The translations under genes were made by a program, and so were the position numbers. Positions 9,795-17,971 of a stretch of DNA of 64,000 bases are shown in pieces. A model generated the notes under the pieces. It had not been told where the DNA came from. It saw nothing but the letters and a program-made list of their open reading frames with translations, and made no database searches. The DNA is from an uncultured Patescibacteria group bacterium. Its GTDB lineage: Bacteria; Patescibacteriota; JACMRA01. Every line of letters starts with the position of its first letter. Position 1 is the first letter of the stretch. The stretch is from positions 1,106 through 65,105 of the forward strand of contig CALITC010000005.1 in the NCBI GenBank assembly GCA_938041505.1. Direction: 5' to 3'.

Positions 9795-10468
9795 GCTTTT
9801 TTGGAAGTGATATAACGAAGGATGATAGTATTAAAGAGTAGCAAGTCCTTATCCAAGCCGTCTGTATGCCGCATATGCTCAACCATCTTTTTGTAGTAGT
9901 CACCGACGGTGAACGGGGATTCCAAAAAACGCTGTGTATTTTTCAAGATTTTGATATAAGTCTCCTTATCTCTTTGCATAAGTTCGCTTCTATTCTCGAC
10001 CATAAAACGGGCAAAATCAGCAACCATCAACGGCGAGCCATCTTCCACACTCTTGATCTGCTCGAGATAAAATTCTTCAACATTACTCATCTGTTTCTTG
10101 GTAGGGGTGTTGGTAATACCGCCATAAGACTGAGGTTGACTGTCCAAATGCTTAGCAAAGTGCGTCAGAAGAACTCGGAGAGTCACCAGTAGTTCTGTTC
10201 TGTTTGGAGATGGATGGCTTTTTACTTTATCAAATAGCTCAACCCATAGCGAAGTAGCTAAGATTGTATTGGGTGTATCACATACCAAATCATAAAAATG
10301 TTCTAAAAAATCTTCATTAAGCCCATTCAACTGATGGGTTGAAGGCAGTTCCAAGAATGTCCGCAGAGCAGGGAGGATTGAGCTAGTATGCTCTACTGCA
10401 TATAGCTTCTCCAAATGAGCACGCTCTAGTGTGCTAAACCTCTCAATAGTAGGTCGATTCTGTTCCAT
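9791..10468 (-). CDS. Hypothetical protein (225 aa)
   Basis: Long ORF with a convergent 4-nt overlap with the preceding gene. No recognisable motif. Confidence 0.6.
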   Translation of the reverse strand: MEQNRPTIERFSTLERAHLEKLYAVEHTSSILPALRTFLELPSTHQLNGLNEDFLEHFYDLVCDTPNTILATSLWVELFDKVKSHPSPNRTELLVTLRVLLTHFAKHLDSQPQSYGGITNTPTKKQMSNVEEFYLEQIKSVEDGSPLMVADFARFMVENRSELMQRDKETYIKILKNTQRFLESPFTVGDYYKKMVEHMRHTDGLDKDLLLFNTIILRYITSKKA

Positions 10469-10639
10469 ACTTATATTATATCACATATTAACATTTAACA
10501 CAAATTATTTTATCTTTTCCAATTCTAATTATTAAAAATAAGTAATTGAATGTTAATGTGAGCTTGACAAAAAGTAAATACTGATCAATTAACTAGTGCA
10601 AGAATATATAAAAGAGAATATGTTAAAAGAAACAAAAAT

Positions 10640-10780
10640 ATGATAATAAGAAAATTTTTAGAATCCTTGATTAAAACATTCATAGCTGTCTTAGCTTGCT
10701 ATGCTTTCGTGTTTATTTTCAATATTGATGAAAGTAAAACCATGTTTTACACGGCGATTATTGTAACAATTATATTATAG
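10640..10780 (+). CDS. Possible small membrane protein (46 aa)
   Basis: My own reading: ATG at 10640, MIIRKFLESLIKTFIAVLACYAFVFIFNIDESKTMFYTAIIVTIIL, TAG at 10778-10780. Hydrophobic and followed by a hairpin plus T8. Confidence 0.3.
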   Translation: MIIRKFLESLIKTFIAVLACYAFVFIFNIDESKTMFYTAIIVTIIL

Positions 10781-10811
10781 TTTCGATATTTGTTCAATTT
10801 TTAGTCCATAG

Positions 10812-10838
10812 CAGCTTATAAGTCAGGCTGTTTTTTTT
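10812..10838 (+). terminator. Hairpin plus T8 terminator
   Basis: CAGCTT / AGGCTG stem (one G-U pair) with a 7-nt loop, followed by TTTTTTTT (10831-10838). Confidence 0.45.
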
Positions 10839-10865
10839 GACCAAAAATGTTTTTGTAGCTTTAAT
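10837..10865 (+). promoter_or_regulatory. Sigma70-like promoter dedicated to the valS C-terminal piece
   Basis: TTGACC (10837-10842), 17-nt spacer, TTTAAT (10860-10865). ATG at 10874 is 8 nt downstream, implying leaderless expression of the C-terminal piece. Confidence 0.4.
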
Positions 10866-10873
10866 CTTGTCAT

Positions 10874-11662
10874 ATGACCGAATTAGCACCTGCCTCGCAG
10901 TGGATTCTCCAGCGATATATAAGCCTAGAAGAGGAACTGGCCATTAACTTAGAGAAATACACTCTTGGTCATTCTATTGACGAGTTGTATAAGTTTCTCT
11001 GGGATAGTTATGCTGACTGGTACGTTGAGTACCTCAAAACAGACGACATGCAAAAAGAATTTGCCAAGCAGCTCTTTACCCAGTTTGTAATCACACTCCA
11101 TCCATACATGCCCTTTGAGACAGAGGCGTTGTGGACAGAGTTCGCTGACCAAGACACTCTGCTAGCCAAAGAATTGAAAGACGCTAATTGGAGTAAAAGC
11201 TTCGAGATCAATCCACAAGCTGTGCAGGAGTTCCAGAACATTATTGATGTCATCACGAGCCTCCGGTCCCTGCGAGGCTTGTTCGCTATTGATCCTGCCA
11301 CCAAACTCGAAGTGAACTCTAACTCCAAAGAGCTGGCAACATACAAAGAGTATCTCAATCTTTTAGGGCGCACCACAATCCAAGAAGGTGAGGAGCTATC
11401 GTATAAGCTTGAACAGGGAAGAATCAAATTCAGTATCGACATACTCAGCTATATTCCGGATGTGGAGGTAGAGAAAAATCGTACTAACAAGAATATTCAA
11501 GCCCTGGAAAAACAAATCTTTGGTCTAGACAAAAAACTAACTAATTCAAAATTCCTCGAGAATGCCACCGAAGAGGTTATCGAAGAGTCCAAAGCCAACT
11601 TGTATTCACGGAAGCAAGAACTTATGGAGCAACAACAAAAACTACAACTTTTTAACAACTAA
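10874..11662 (+). CDS. valS: Valyl-tRNA synthetase, C-terminal piece (anticodon-binding helical domain plus C-terminal coiled coil)
   Basis: Begins MTELAPASQWILQRY... with FLWDSYADWYVEYLK (class Ia F.CDWYlE..K motif). Ends in a heptad-rich coiled coil (..QALEKQIFGLDKKLTNSKFLENA..), the ValRS C-terminal signature. Confidence 0.85.
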   Translation: MTELAPASQWILQRYISLEEELAINLEKYTLGHSIDELYKFLWDSYADWYVEYLKTDDMQKEFAKQLFTQFVITLHPYMPFETEALWTEFADQDTLLAKELKDANWSKSFEINPQAVQEFQNIIDVITSLRSLRGLFAIDPATKLEVNSNSKELATYKEYLNLLGRTTIQEGEELSYKLEQGRIKFSIDILSYIPDVEVEKNRTNKNIQALEKQIFGLDKKLTNSKFLENATEEVIEESKANLYSRKQELMEQQQKLQLFNN

Positions 11663-11666
11663 ATAT

Positions 11667-11969
11667 ATGAAATTCGCCCTTTTTAACAAAATCCAAACCA
11701 ACCCCGGTCAGCGAGAATCTCTTACCAAAATCCTTCTCGATGCAGCCGCAATCTTACAAGAAAATTCTGACTGCTTGCACTACGTAATTGGCAGCGCAGA
11801 AGACCCGAGCGAGGTGTATATCTGGGAGGCTTGGACTTCAGAAGAGGCCCATGATAATTCTTTAGAAGACGAAGCTTTGTTAGACCTGATCAAAAACGCA
11901 AAACCACTAATTGCGGGCATGGAAAAAATAAAAACCCTTGAGGTAGAGGGTGGAAAAGGTATTGAGTAG
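11667..11969 (+). CDS. Antibiotic-biosynthesis-monooxygenase (ABM) domain protein
   Basis: About 100 aa, MKFALFNKIQTNPGQRESL...CLHYVIGSAEDPSEVYIWEAWTSEEAHDNS, the typical ABM/YgiN-like ferredoxin-fold pattern. ATG at 11667. Confidence 0.7.
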   Translation: MKFALFNKIQTNPGQRESLTKILLDAAAILQENSDCLHYVIGSAEDPSEVYIWEAWTSEEAHDNSLEDEALLDLIKNAKPLIAGMEKIKTLEVEGGKGIE

Positions 11970-11979
11970 GGCAGTAATA

Positions 11980-12756
11980 CTAGTTGGCTGGCTCTATTTC
12001 ACCGCTACCGGTGATGTTTTGGTCGACCTTAGGATCACCTTTGTATTCGATCTCGCCGCTTCCGCTAATACGTGCTTTGAGGTCCTGCTCGGCGTATACC
12101 TGTATCTCACCACTACCAGTAATCGAGACATCCGCGTTCTGAGATATCAAGTCGTATGCTTGAGCACTACCACTGCCGCTTATAGAAATCTCCAGCTCCT
12201 CAGTCACCCCCTCTAGTTCAACATCTCCACTTCCAGTGATTGTCACATCCAACGATTGATTATTAATCTCAGCTAATTCCACCTCACCAGACCCAGAAAT
12301 TCGCACCGAGCCATCTGTATCCAGCACATCAGCCCCACGAAGCTCTACACTACCAGCAAGATCGATATCTTGAATCTTTTGAGTGGTGTTAATGGTAATG
12401 TCTAGGTTACGACCACCCCAGCCTCCGAAAATGAAGAACGGGAAATTACGACTTCCTTCACTGATCACAAGCTCGTCTCCGTCGGTTTTAACTCTTAATT
12501 GATCAATAATTCGCTCTGGCCCGTCAACCTCGATATAATTCGAACCGCTCTCCACAAGTGTAACGTTAGAAGCCGTAAATATAGAAATATCTTCAAAGGC
12601 ATCCAAATCAAATCTTTTTGAAGTTGATTCTCCAAGATCTCGGCTATCAAACGGACTAAAGCTAAAACGATTGTAAGCAAAAAAACCAACAATATTACCA
12701 ACTACAAAAACTGCCACTATAGCTAAAGTGATCGGCACAATAATTTTTTCAAACAT
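11980..12756 (-). CDS. DUF2807 (GIN-domain, adhesin-head-like beta-helix) protein with N-terminal TM anchor
   Basis: Repeated SGSG[ED][IV][EQ] units (ISGSGEVEL, ITGSGDVEL, ISGSGSAQA, ITGSGEIQV, ISGSGEIEY, ITGSGEIE) after a hydrophobic N-terminus. Confidence 0.7.
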   Translation of the reverse strand: MFEKIIVPITLAIVAVFVVGNIVGFFAYNRFSFSPFDSRDLGESTSKRFDLDAFEDISIFTASNVTLVESGSNYIEVDGPERIIDQLRVKTDGDELVISEGSRNFPFFIFGGWGGRNLDITINTTQKIQDIDLAGSVELRGADVLDTDGSVRISGSGEVELAEINNQSLDVTITGSGDVELEGVTEELEISISGSGSAQAYDLISQNADVSITGSGEIQVYAEQDLKARISGSGEIEYKGDPKVDQNITGSGEIEPAN

Positions 12757-12767
12757 AAGAGATATGA

Positions 12768-13061
12768 TTACTTTTTGCTGTATTGTTCGGTTAGTTCTTC
12801 GATTTTTTTCTCTTCCCAGTTATTTCCGAGAACTTTGCCATTGAAGAAGTAAACAGAAGCGGCATGGAAAAGTAGACCTATTCCCCAGAAAAATGCCACA
12901 TATCGAACCCATAAAAATCCAGGAGAAGTAAAGAGGTTGATAAGTAATAACACAAAGTTGGTGACGATGTAAGAAATCACATTATTATATAGATCCTTAA
13001 GTTCTTTTACTCGTTGGGTTGCTTTTTCACGAGCGGTAGAATTGTCTTGAGTCATATACAA
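12768..13061 (-). CDS. 2TM-domain small membrane protein
   Basis: 97 aa with a charged N-terminal helix, then two hydrophobic spans (YIVTNFVLLLINLF.. / VRYVAFFWGIGLLFHAASVYF), as in the 2TM family. Confidence 0.6.
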   Translation of the reverse strand: MYMTQDNSTAREKATQRVKELKDLYNNVISYIVTNFVLLLINLFTSPGFLWVRYVAFFWGIGLLFHAASVYFFNGKVLGNNWEEKKIEELTEQYSKK

Positions 13062-13122
13062 ACTCTCTACTCATTCTCGGAGTGATTGTCAATATATTTT
13101 ACCTGAGCAACAATACTTTTAT

Positions 13123-14736
13123 ATGCCCAAAAGCCTTATTACTGTATTACTTCGTCACGATCCTTTATTCGATGCTATTTTGGAAGAATCAATAGATCAT
13201 TGGAAAATATTGGCAAGTGAAGTACGTGTGTACACCGACCCTCAGGAAGAGGCTGAGCTTATTAGCGAGTTAAAAGATGATTTTTATGTTATGGCACTAA
13301 GCTCATGGAGAGTGGTAGGGATTGATAAGCTAAAACCAGAGGTCAGTGATTGTGTTCTCATTGAATCTATCGAGCATCATCGTCTCGACGCAGTGAAAAG
13401 ACAAGTTTCTTTGGTGCAATCAAAAAGTAACCCAGATCAACTACCAAAAATAGTTGAGGCCAAAATCTATAACACCATTGGTATCAATCTCAAGAAGCAG
13501 CTGTTATTAAAGTCTGAGCCAACATCTATAACCGAGAATTATTTCAAAACAATTGGTTGTGTATTATATAAGCTTGATAAAGACTCAATACTAGAAAAAA
13601 TAAATAACTTTAATGAGCTGCAAAAACTCACGTTGATTGAAGAGGTTTTAGTTAATGATTATACGCACTATGAGCGGCACCTGCATGTCTATAATCAAAT
13701 CCTAGAATCTATAACCTCCCCTTATAAAATACTTGCAAAGGGACTGATATATTTTCATCAAAAAAATTTTGCGGCCTCTCAAGACATCTTAGAATCCTTC
13801 AATAATCTACAGAAACTCAAACCGGCAAAAGATTACCTGTATAACATATACACTAGAGAGTATTTAGCTAATTCACTATTATTCCGAATTGCCGTGCTCT
13901 ATAATCAGCAAGACAAAATAGAAGATTATGGGCGAAAAGTATTCTACAAATGCCCCTCAAAAAAAGCCTTTGAAATTAATCGCCGAATCCTAGGAAGTTA
14001 TCTTAATAATCACAAAATTAAGTACGACAATGTCGAAGGATATCCTGATAAAAATAGTATTAAGCCGCAGACAACTTTTGTTATATATTGCCAGCCTCGA
14101 TCTGGATCTACTTTGATAACTCAAGAGCTTGATTCACATCCAGATATAAGCAGTCTAGGTGAGTTGTTATCCGGTGAAGAGCCGCTATATTTCCTTGACC
14201 AGCAAGCATATCAATTTGAGTACATCGCCCGGCGAGAATTAGACGCGGCTAGGCTCTATACTGATACAGTTAAACAAGCGGAAACAAAGGTTGCTGGAAT
14301 GAAAATACACGGAGCGCAGCTTAACATATACCCTGATCAAAATCTATGGACTGATGTGGTTTCTAAGAAACCCAAGATCATCTATATTAGAAGAGTCGAT
14401 CAACAAAAACAAGCTGTATCTCTAGGCTTAGCCTTCGAAAACGAAAATTTCAGAGCTCACCCAGAATTCCGAATATATGACCGGTTGCAAACCCTAGCGC
14501 CATATCTCAAGGCTGTAGAAAATTTTGAAGTAGAAGATACAAAATATGTGCAACAGGCCAAGGATGCTGGGTGCGAAGTCTTAGAAGTGGTGTTAGAAGA
14601 TTATCTACAAGATAGGGTAGTGTATCACAAAAAGATGTGTCAATTCCTAGGGGTTGAGTACCGGCCGCTCAGTAGCCAAACTATCAAGCAAAATATATGG
14701 GGTGTTGATCAACTTGTAGAAAAACCCAGTGAGTAA
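13123..14736 (+). CDS. Stf0-like sulfotransferase domain protein with about 320-aa N-terminal extension
   Basis: The C-terminal third has a PAPS 5'-phosphosulfate loop CQPRSGSTLI and a 3'-phosphate motif YIRRVDQQKQAVSLGLA, as in Stf0/Sulfotransfer_3 enzymes. Confidence 0.6.
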   Translation: MPKSLITVLLRHDPLFDAILEESIDHWKILASEVRVYTDPQEEAELISELKDDFYVMALSSWRVVGIDKLKPEVSDCVLIESIEHHRLDAVKRQVSLVQSKSNPDQLPKIVEAKIYNTIGINLKKQLLLKSEPTSITENYFKTIGCVLYKLDKDSILEKINNFNELQKLTLIEEVLVNDYTHYERHLHVYNQILESITSPYKILAKGLIYFHQKNFAASQDILESFNNLQKLKPAKDYLYNIYTREYLANSLLFRIAVLYNQQDKIEDYGRKVFYKCPSKKAFEINRRILGSYLNNHKIKYDNVEGYPDKNSIKPQTTFVIYCQPRSGSTLITQELDSHPDISSLGELLSGEEPLYFLDQQAYQFEYIARRELDAARLYTDTVKQAETKVAGMKIHGAQLNIYPDQNLWTDVVSKKPKIIYIRRVDQQKQAVSLGLAFENENFRAHPEFRIYDRLQTLAPYLKAVENFEVEDTKYVQQAKDAGCEVLEVVLEDYLQDRVVYHKKMCQFLGVEYRPLSSQTIKQNIWGVDQLVEKPSE

Positions 14737-14753
14737 ACTGGGTATAGTATAAG

Positions 14754-16613
14754 CTATTTATTCTTCCGGGAACGCTTCATCTTATAATAAATCCAGAGCA
14801 GCGCCGTGACAAACCCCTCGACTATAGTCAACTGCATAATGGTGCCTGCCCATTTAGCTGCTCCGGTTCGAACTAAACCAGCCTGGACCTCTTCCTCAAC
14901 CATCGGTGCAAATTGCACATTGGCAGTAGTGATTTTATCGCTACCGACAACGAATGAACGAGCATCAATAAATGAAACGTCGGTAACTTGCGGGTTAGCA
15001 CAGGTTTGTACCTCTCCTAGCGCATTAGCAGGGAGAGTAGGAATTAAGAATTCAACCTGATCTTCGGACTCAGTAAAGGTTGTACCAGGAATGTTAGTGG
15101 AATTAACGACGGAAGTGCCAGTCACAAATGGAGCTCTGCCTGAGTCTGTGGTGAGTCCAACTTTAACATTCGTTAAGTCATACGTGTTATTGTTGGCCAC
15201 CTGTGCAATTGCGCACACTTGTTTGTCGAGCTCAATCTCATTATCAGGGGTGTCTTTAGAAAGAGAAACAATTGGCTCAAGGTAATCCTCTACGGTAATC
15301 GTGAAAGCAGTCTGTGTAGTACGGCCTAAACCATCAGTTGCATCAACTGTGAAGGTCTGTGGTCCGAGAGGTTCGTCGATAGGAGCGGTGCAAGTCAGTG
15401 TATTCCCGTTAACAGTTGGTGTCGACTCAGTGCAAAAAGTAGGAAGCCCAGTAATATTCAAACCCGTAATAGTAGTCGAAGTATCTGTTGTGGCAGTAAT
15501 TGGGTCGCTGGTAATTGTCTGCCCACGCTTAACAGTTAGGTCTTGCCCTGGTAAAATAAGAGGGTCTGGGTTTGCAACAGGATTAATGGTAATATCAACA
15601 ATACTTACTGGTCCAAAAGATTGCGGCGCAACAGGTGTATCCTGAGGTGAGATATCAATATCATCCGGGAACACAATAGAAGATGTTATACCGTCACTAG
15701 CATACCATCTGAATTCATCTGCTCCAGTTTCACCAGGGTTAGGTATATAGCGGAGTTGGTTGATATTTGCGATATTAACAGTTGTAATACCCGTAAGCGG
15801 AGTTTGAGTCGAACCATCGTCAAGCACAAGATTACCTTTGCTTGGAAGAAGGGTAATTGTGACAGATTGTATGTCATAGCCTTCACTCGCACTTGGAGAA
15901 GAACCAGGGTTGGCATCCAAGAAAAGCTGGTCTGGATCTTGAAAATTCTGCTCAAACAGTGAAGGATTGCTAGCCCCTGGGTCAAAGCTATAAGTAGTAT
16001 CTTGGTTTGTAAAGATTGAAAAATCATCAACTTGCGGTATATCATTGCGTGCTTCTACATCTATAGTTACTGTAGAAGTTGCACAACCTGGAATGCTAGC
16101 ATCACCAAGGGCTGCCGGATTATTATCACAAACCTCATAGCTAAATGTCAGCGGCCCATGATAATTCTGAGAAGTGTCGACCGAAACCGCTCCATGAGTT
16201 GGTATAACTCCTTGTGCTTGAGCTGCGGTGTCGTTGGTGCCGTTTGCGGAGGTGTCCACGGTAATAGTGGAGGCTGTATCGCCTGCAATTCCGGTAATCT
16301 GGGTATCACTAATTATCCACAGATCTCCTTCGCTAAAGTAGTAGCTACTATTGTTGTAGTCCTCGTCATAATCATTGTCCAATACATCGATAATTCGAGC
16401 TGCTGAGTCTTCGCTGATTGTTGCTACATCAGGAATAGCAACTGGTGTATAGTATCCTATCGCCTCAGCAAATCTCTCAAGCTTAGTGCTGCCTAGAACC
16501 ATATCCATGAGCTCTGGATTTAGATTTGCTGTGTATCTAAGTCCAAAGTTAAATACTACCATCGAAATAACCACTGTGGAAAGCAACTTCCAAATATCTT
16601 TTTTTACTGCCAT
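14754..16613 (-). CDS. Surface adhesin-like protein (cadherin/Ig-like repeats) with C-terminal LVRTG sorting-signal-like tail
   Basis: N-terminal TM/signal. VIDVLDNDYDEDYN-type cadherin-like motif. C-terminus GLVRTGAAKWAGTIMQLTIVEGFVTALLWIYYKMKRSRKNK = motif, hydrophobic span, basic tail. Confidence 0.7.
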   Translation of the reverse strand: MAVKKDIWKLLSTVVISMVVFNFGLRYTANLNPELMDMVLGSTKLERFAEAIGYYTPVAIPDVATISEDSAARIIDVLDNDYDEDYNNSSYYFSEGDLWIISDTQITGIAGDTASTITVDTSANGTNDTAAQAQGVIPTHGAVSVDTSQNYHGPLTFSYEVCDNNPAALGDASIPGCATSTVTIDVEARNDIPQVDDFSIFTNQDTTYSFDPGASNPSLFEQNFQDPDQLFLDANPGSSPSASEGYDIQSVTITLLPSKGNLVLDDGSTQTPLTGITTVNIANINQLRYIPNPGETGADEFRWYASDGITSSIVFPDDIDISPQDTPVAPQSFGPVSIVDITINPVANPDPLILPGQDLTVKRGQTITSDPITATTDTSTTITGLNITGLPTFCTESTPTVNGNTLTCTAPIDEPLGPQTFTVDATDGLGRTTQTAFTITVEDYLEPIVSLSKDTPDNEIELDKQVCAIAQVANNNTYDLTNVKVGLTTDSGRAPFVTGTSVVNSTNIPGTTFTESEDQVEFLIPTLPANALGEVQTCANPQVTDVSFIDARSFVVGSDKITTANVQFAPMVEEEVQAGLVRTGAAKWAGTIMQLTIVEGFVTALLWIYYKMKRSRKNK

Positions 16614-16683
16614 ATCAATACCTTTATGCTGTAATTTTACCTTTTTCGAGATATTTAGTCAAATAAAAAAATAAAAACAAACT

Positions 16684-17760
16684 CTATGTTAAGTATTTTG
16701 CCAATTTTGACTTGGTGGTTGGTCTACGAGTCATGGAAACGGCTTTGTAGAGCAAGTCTTTATCTTTATTAAGTATTCCAAGCATAGCTACCGGATGGAC
16801 CCTATAACGTTCGTAATTAATATCTAAGTTTTCGCTATCAAAAGGGTAGTCCAAGTATTCCTGGTATAGTTCTTTTGCTGATGGAGAGTCGAGAAGAAGT
16901 ACTATGTCTGCAAGAGCTAGGATAGTATGGTATTCGTGATACTTTTGATAGTAACCAAGTGCTATAGTATACGCTTGTTCTAGCTCACTAAGATTAATTA
17001 AACAAGTAATATGCTGCTCCAAAAGCCAGTAAAAGAGATCGTTTTTTGGGGAAATAGACAAAAGCATCTCCTCGATGGTTTTGAGTGCTTCAGCAAATTC
17101 TTCACGAAAAAGACAGCTTGAGAGATAAAACTGTAAGTTGGTCATTCTATCTGGGTGGTTAGCGGGCATCTTTTGCAAGTTATCCGCTATCAATTGGTGA
17201 GTTTGATCGTAGCGAAACTGCTTAACCTGCGGGTCTTTCTCATGATATACCCATATATCAGACAGTATAAGCTGGTTGACTGTGAGGTTGGTATCAAGAG
17301 GTCTAGCCATATCGTGAGCAGGCACAGCACAATACCATTCAAAAAGCTCTCGTTTATACAAAAACATGTGCGTTACCATGCTAATAGGATCTCTAGTATT
17401 ATCGTTAAATTCGTTAATCCAGTTGAAGTGAACTTCTTCAGCATTCTTAAATCCGGTATTTTTTGCTTGCATAATCTTCTCCATATCGCCTTGTCTGAGT
17501 ACCCAATCTGCATCCCACCTACACACATACTTACCAGTTGCGAGAGAAGCTACGTAATTACGCGCTGCTGCAAAATCATTATTCCAATCCCAAGTGTAGA
17601 CTTTGTCCGTGTAGCGGCTAATAATATCTTGAGTTCCATCTGTAGAGCCGGTATCTACAATTATAATTTCATCTGCGATAGGGATGATACTCTCCAGGCA
17701 CTTTTCCAAGCAAAGAGCTTCGTTTTTAACCATCATACAAAGACTAACGAGCGGTTCCAT
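16684..17760 (-). CDS. Family 2 glycosyltransferase with C-terminal helical-repeat (TPR-like) region
   Basis: VSLCMMVKNEALCLEKCLESIIPIADEIIIVDTGSTDGT...WDWNNDFAAARN is a canonical GT2 N-terminus. Paralog of 17972-18997. Confidence 0.8.
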   Translation of the reverse strand: MEPLVSLCMMVKNEALCLEKCLESIIPIADEIIIVDTGSTDGTQDIISRYTDKVYTWDWNNDFAAARNYVASLATGKYVCRWDADWVLRQGDMEKIMQAKNTGFKNAEEVHFNWINEFNDNTRDPISMVTHMFLYKRELFEWYCAVPAHDMARPLDTNLTVNQLILSDIWVYHEKDPQVKQFRYDQTHQLIADNLQKMPANHPDRMTNLQFYLSSCLFREEFAEALKTIEEMLLSISPKNDLFYWLLEQHITCLINLSELEQAYTIALGYYQKYHEYHTILALADIVLLLDSPSAKELYQEYLDYPFDSENLDINYERYRVHPVAMLGILNKDKDLLYKAVSMTRRPTTKSKLAKYLT

Positions 17761-17807
17761 AGTATCACTCTATAAGCATGTCTCAGAATTGTAAAACTAA
17801 CGAGCTA

Positions 17808-17906
17808 CTAATTACGCTTCTCAAACCGCTTTAAAAATACGGAGTATGTCCACAATAATAGCGCAGTAAGAACACCATAAACCAAGAGTTCAACTCCAAT
17901 TCCCAT
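17808..17906 (-). CDS. Possible tiny membrane peptide (32 aa)
   Basis: My own reading: MGIGVELLVYGVLTALLLWTYSVFLKRFEKRN, between the two GT2 paralogs. One TM plus a basic tail. Too short for strong support. Confidence 0.25.
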   Translation of the reverse strand: MGIGVELLVYGVLTALLLWTYSVFLKRFEKRN

Positions 17907-17971
17907 ACTTTTTCGCAGGGCGGTTAGGGCAGCAGGGGTTAGAACCAAACACTAGTTTTGTGAAATTTTTA

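Noticed and set aside
7870-10824. TTATAAGTC occurs in the hairpin loop region after valS piece 1 (7870-7878) and in the hairpin before piece 2 (10816-10824). It could be a target-site duplication of the intervening block.
   Set aside because: This is only a 9-mer in AT-rich DNA, where many such matches are expected by chance in 64 kb. The surrounding sequence does not align, and both copies are plausibly just terminator loops.
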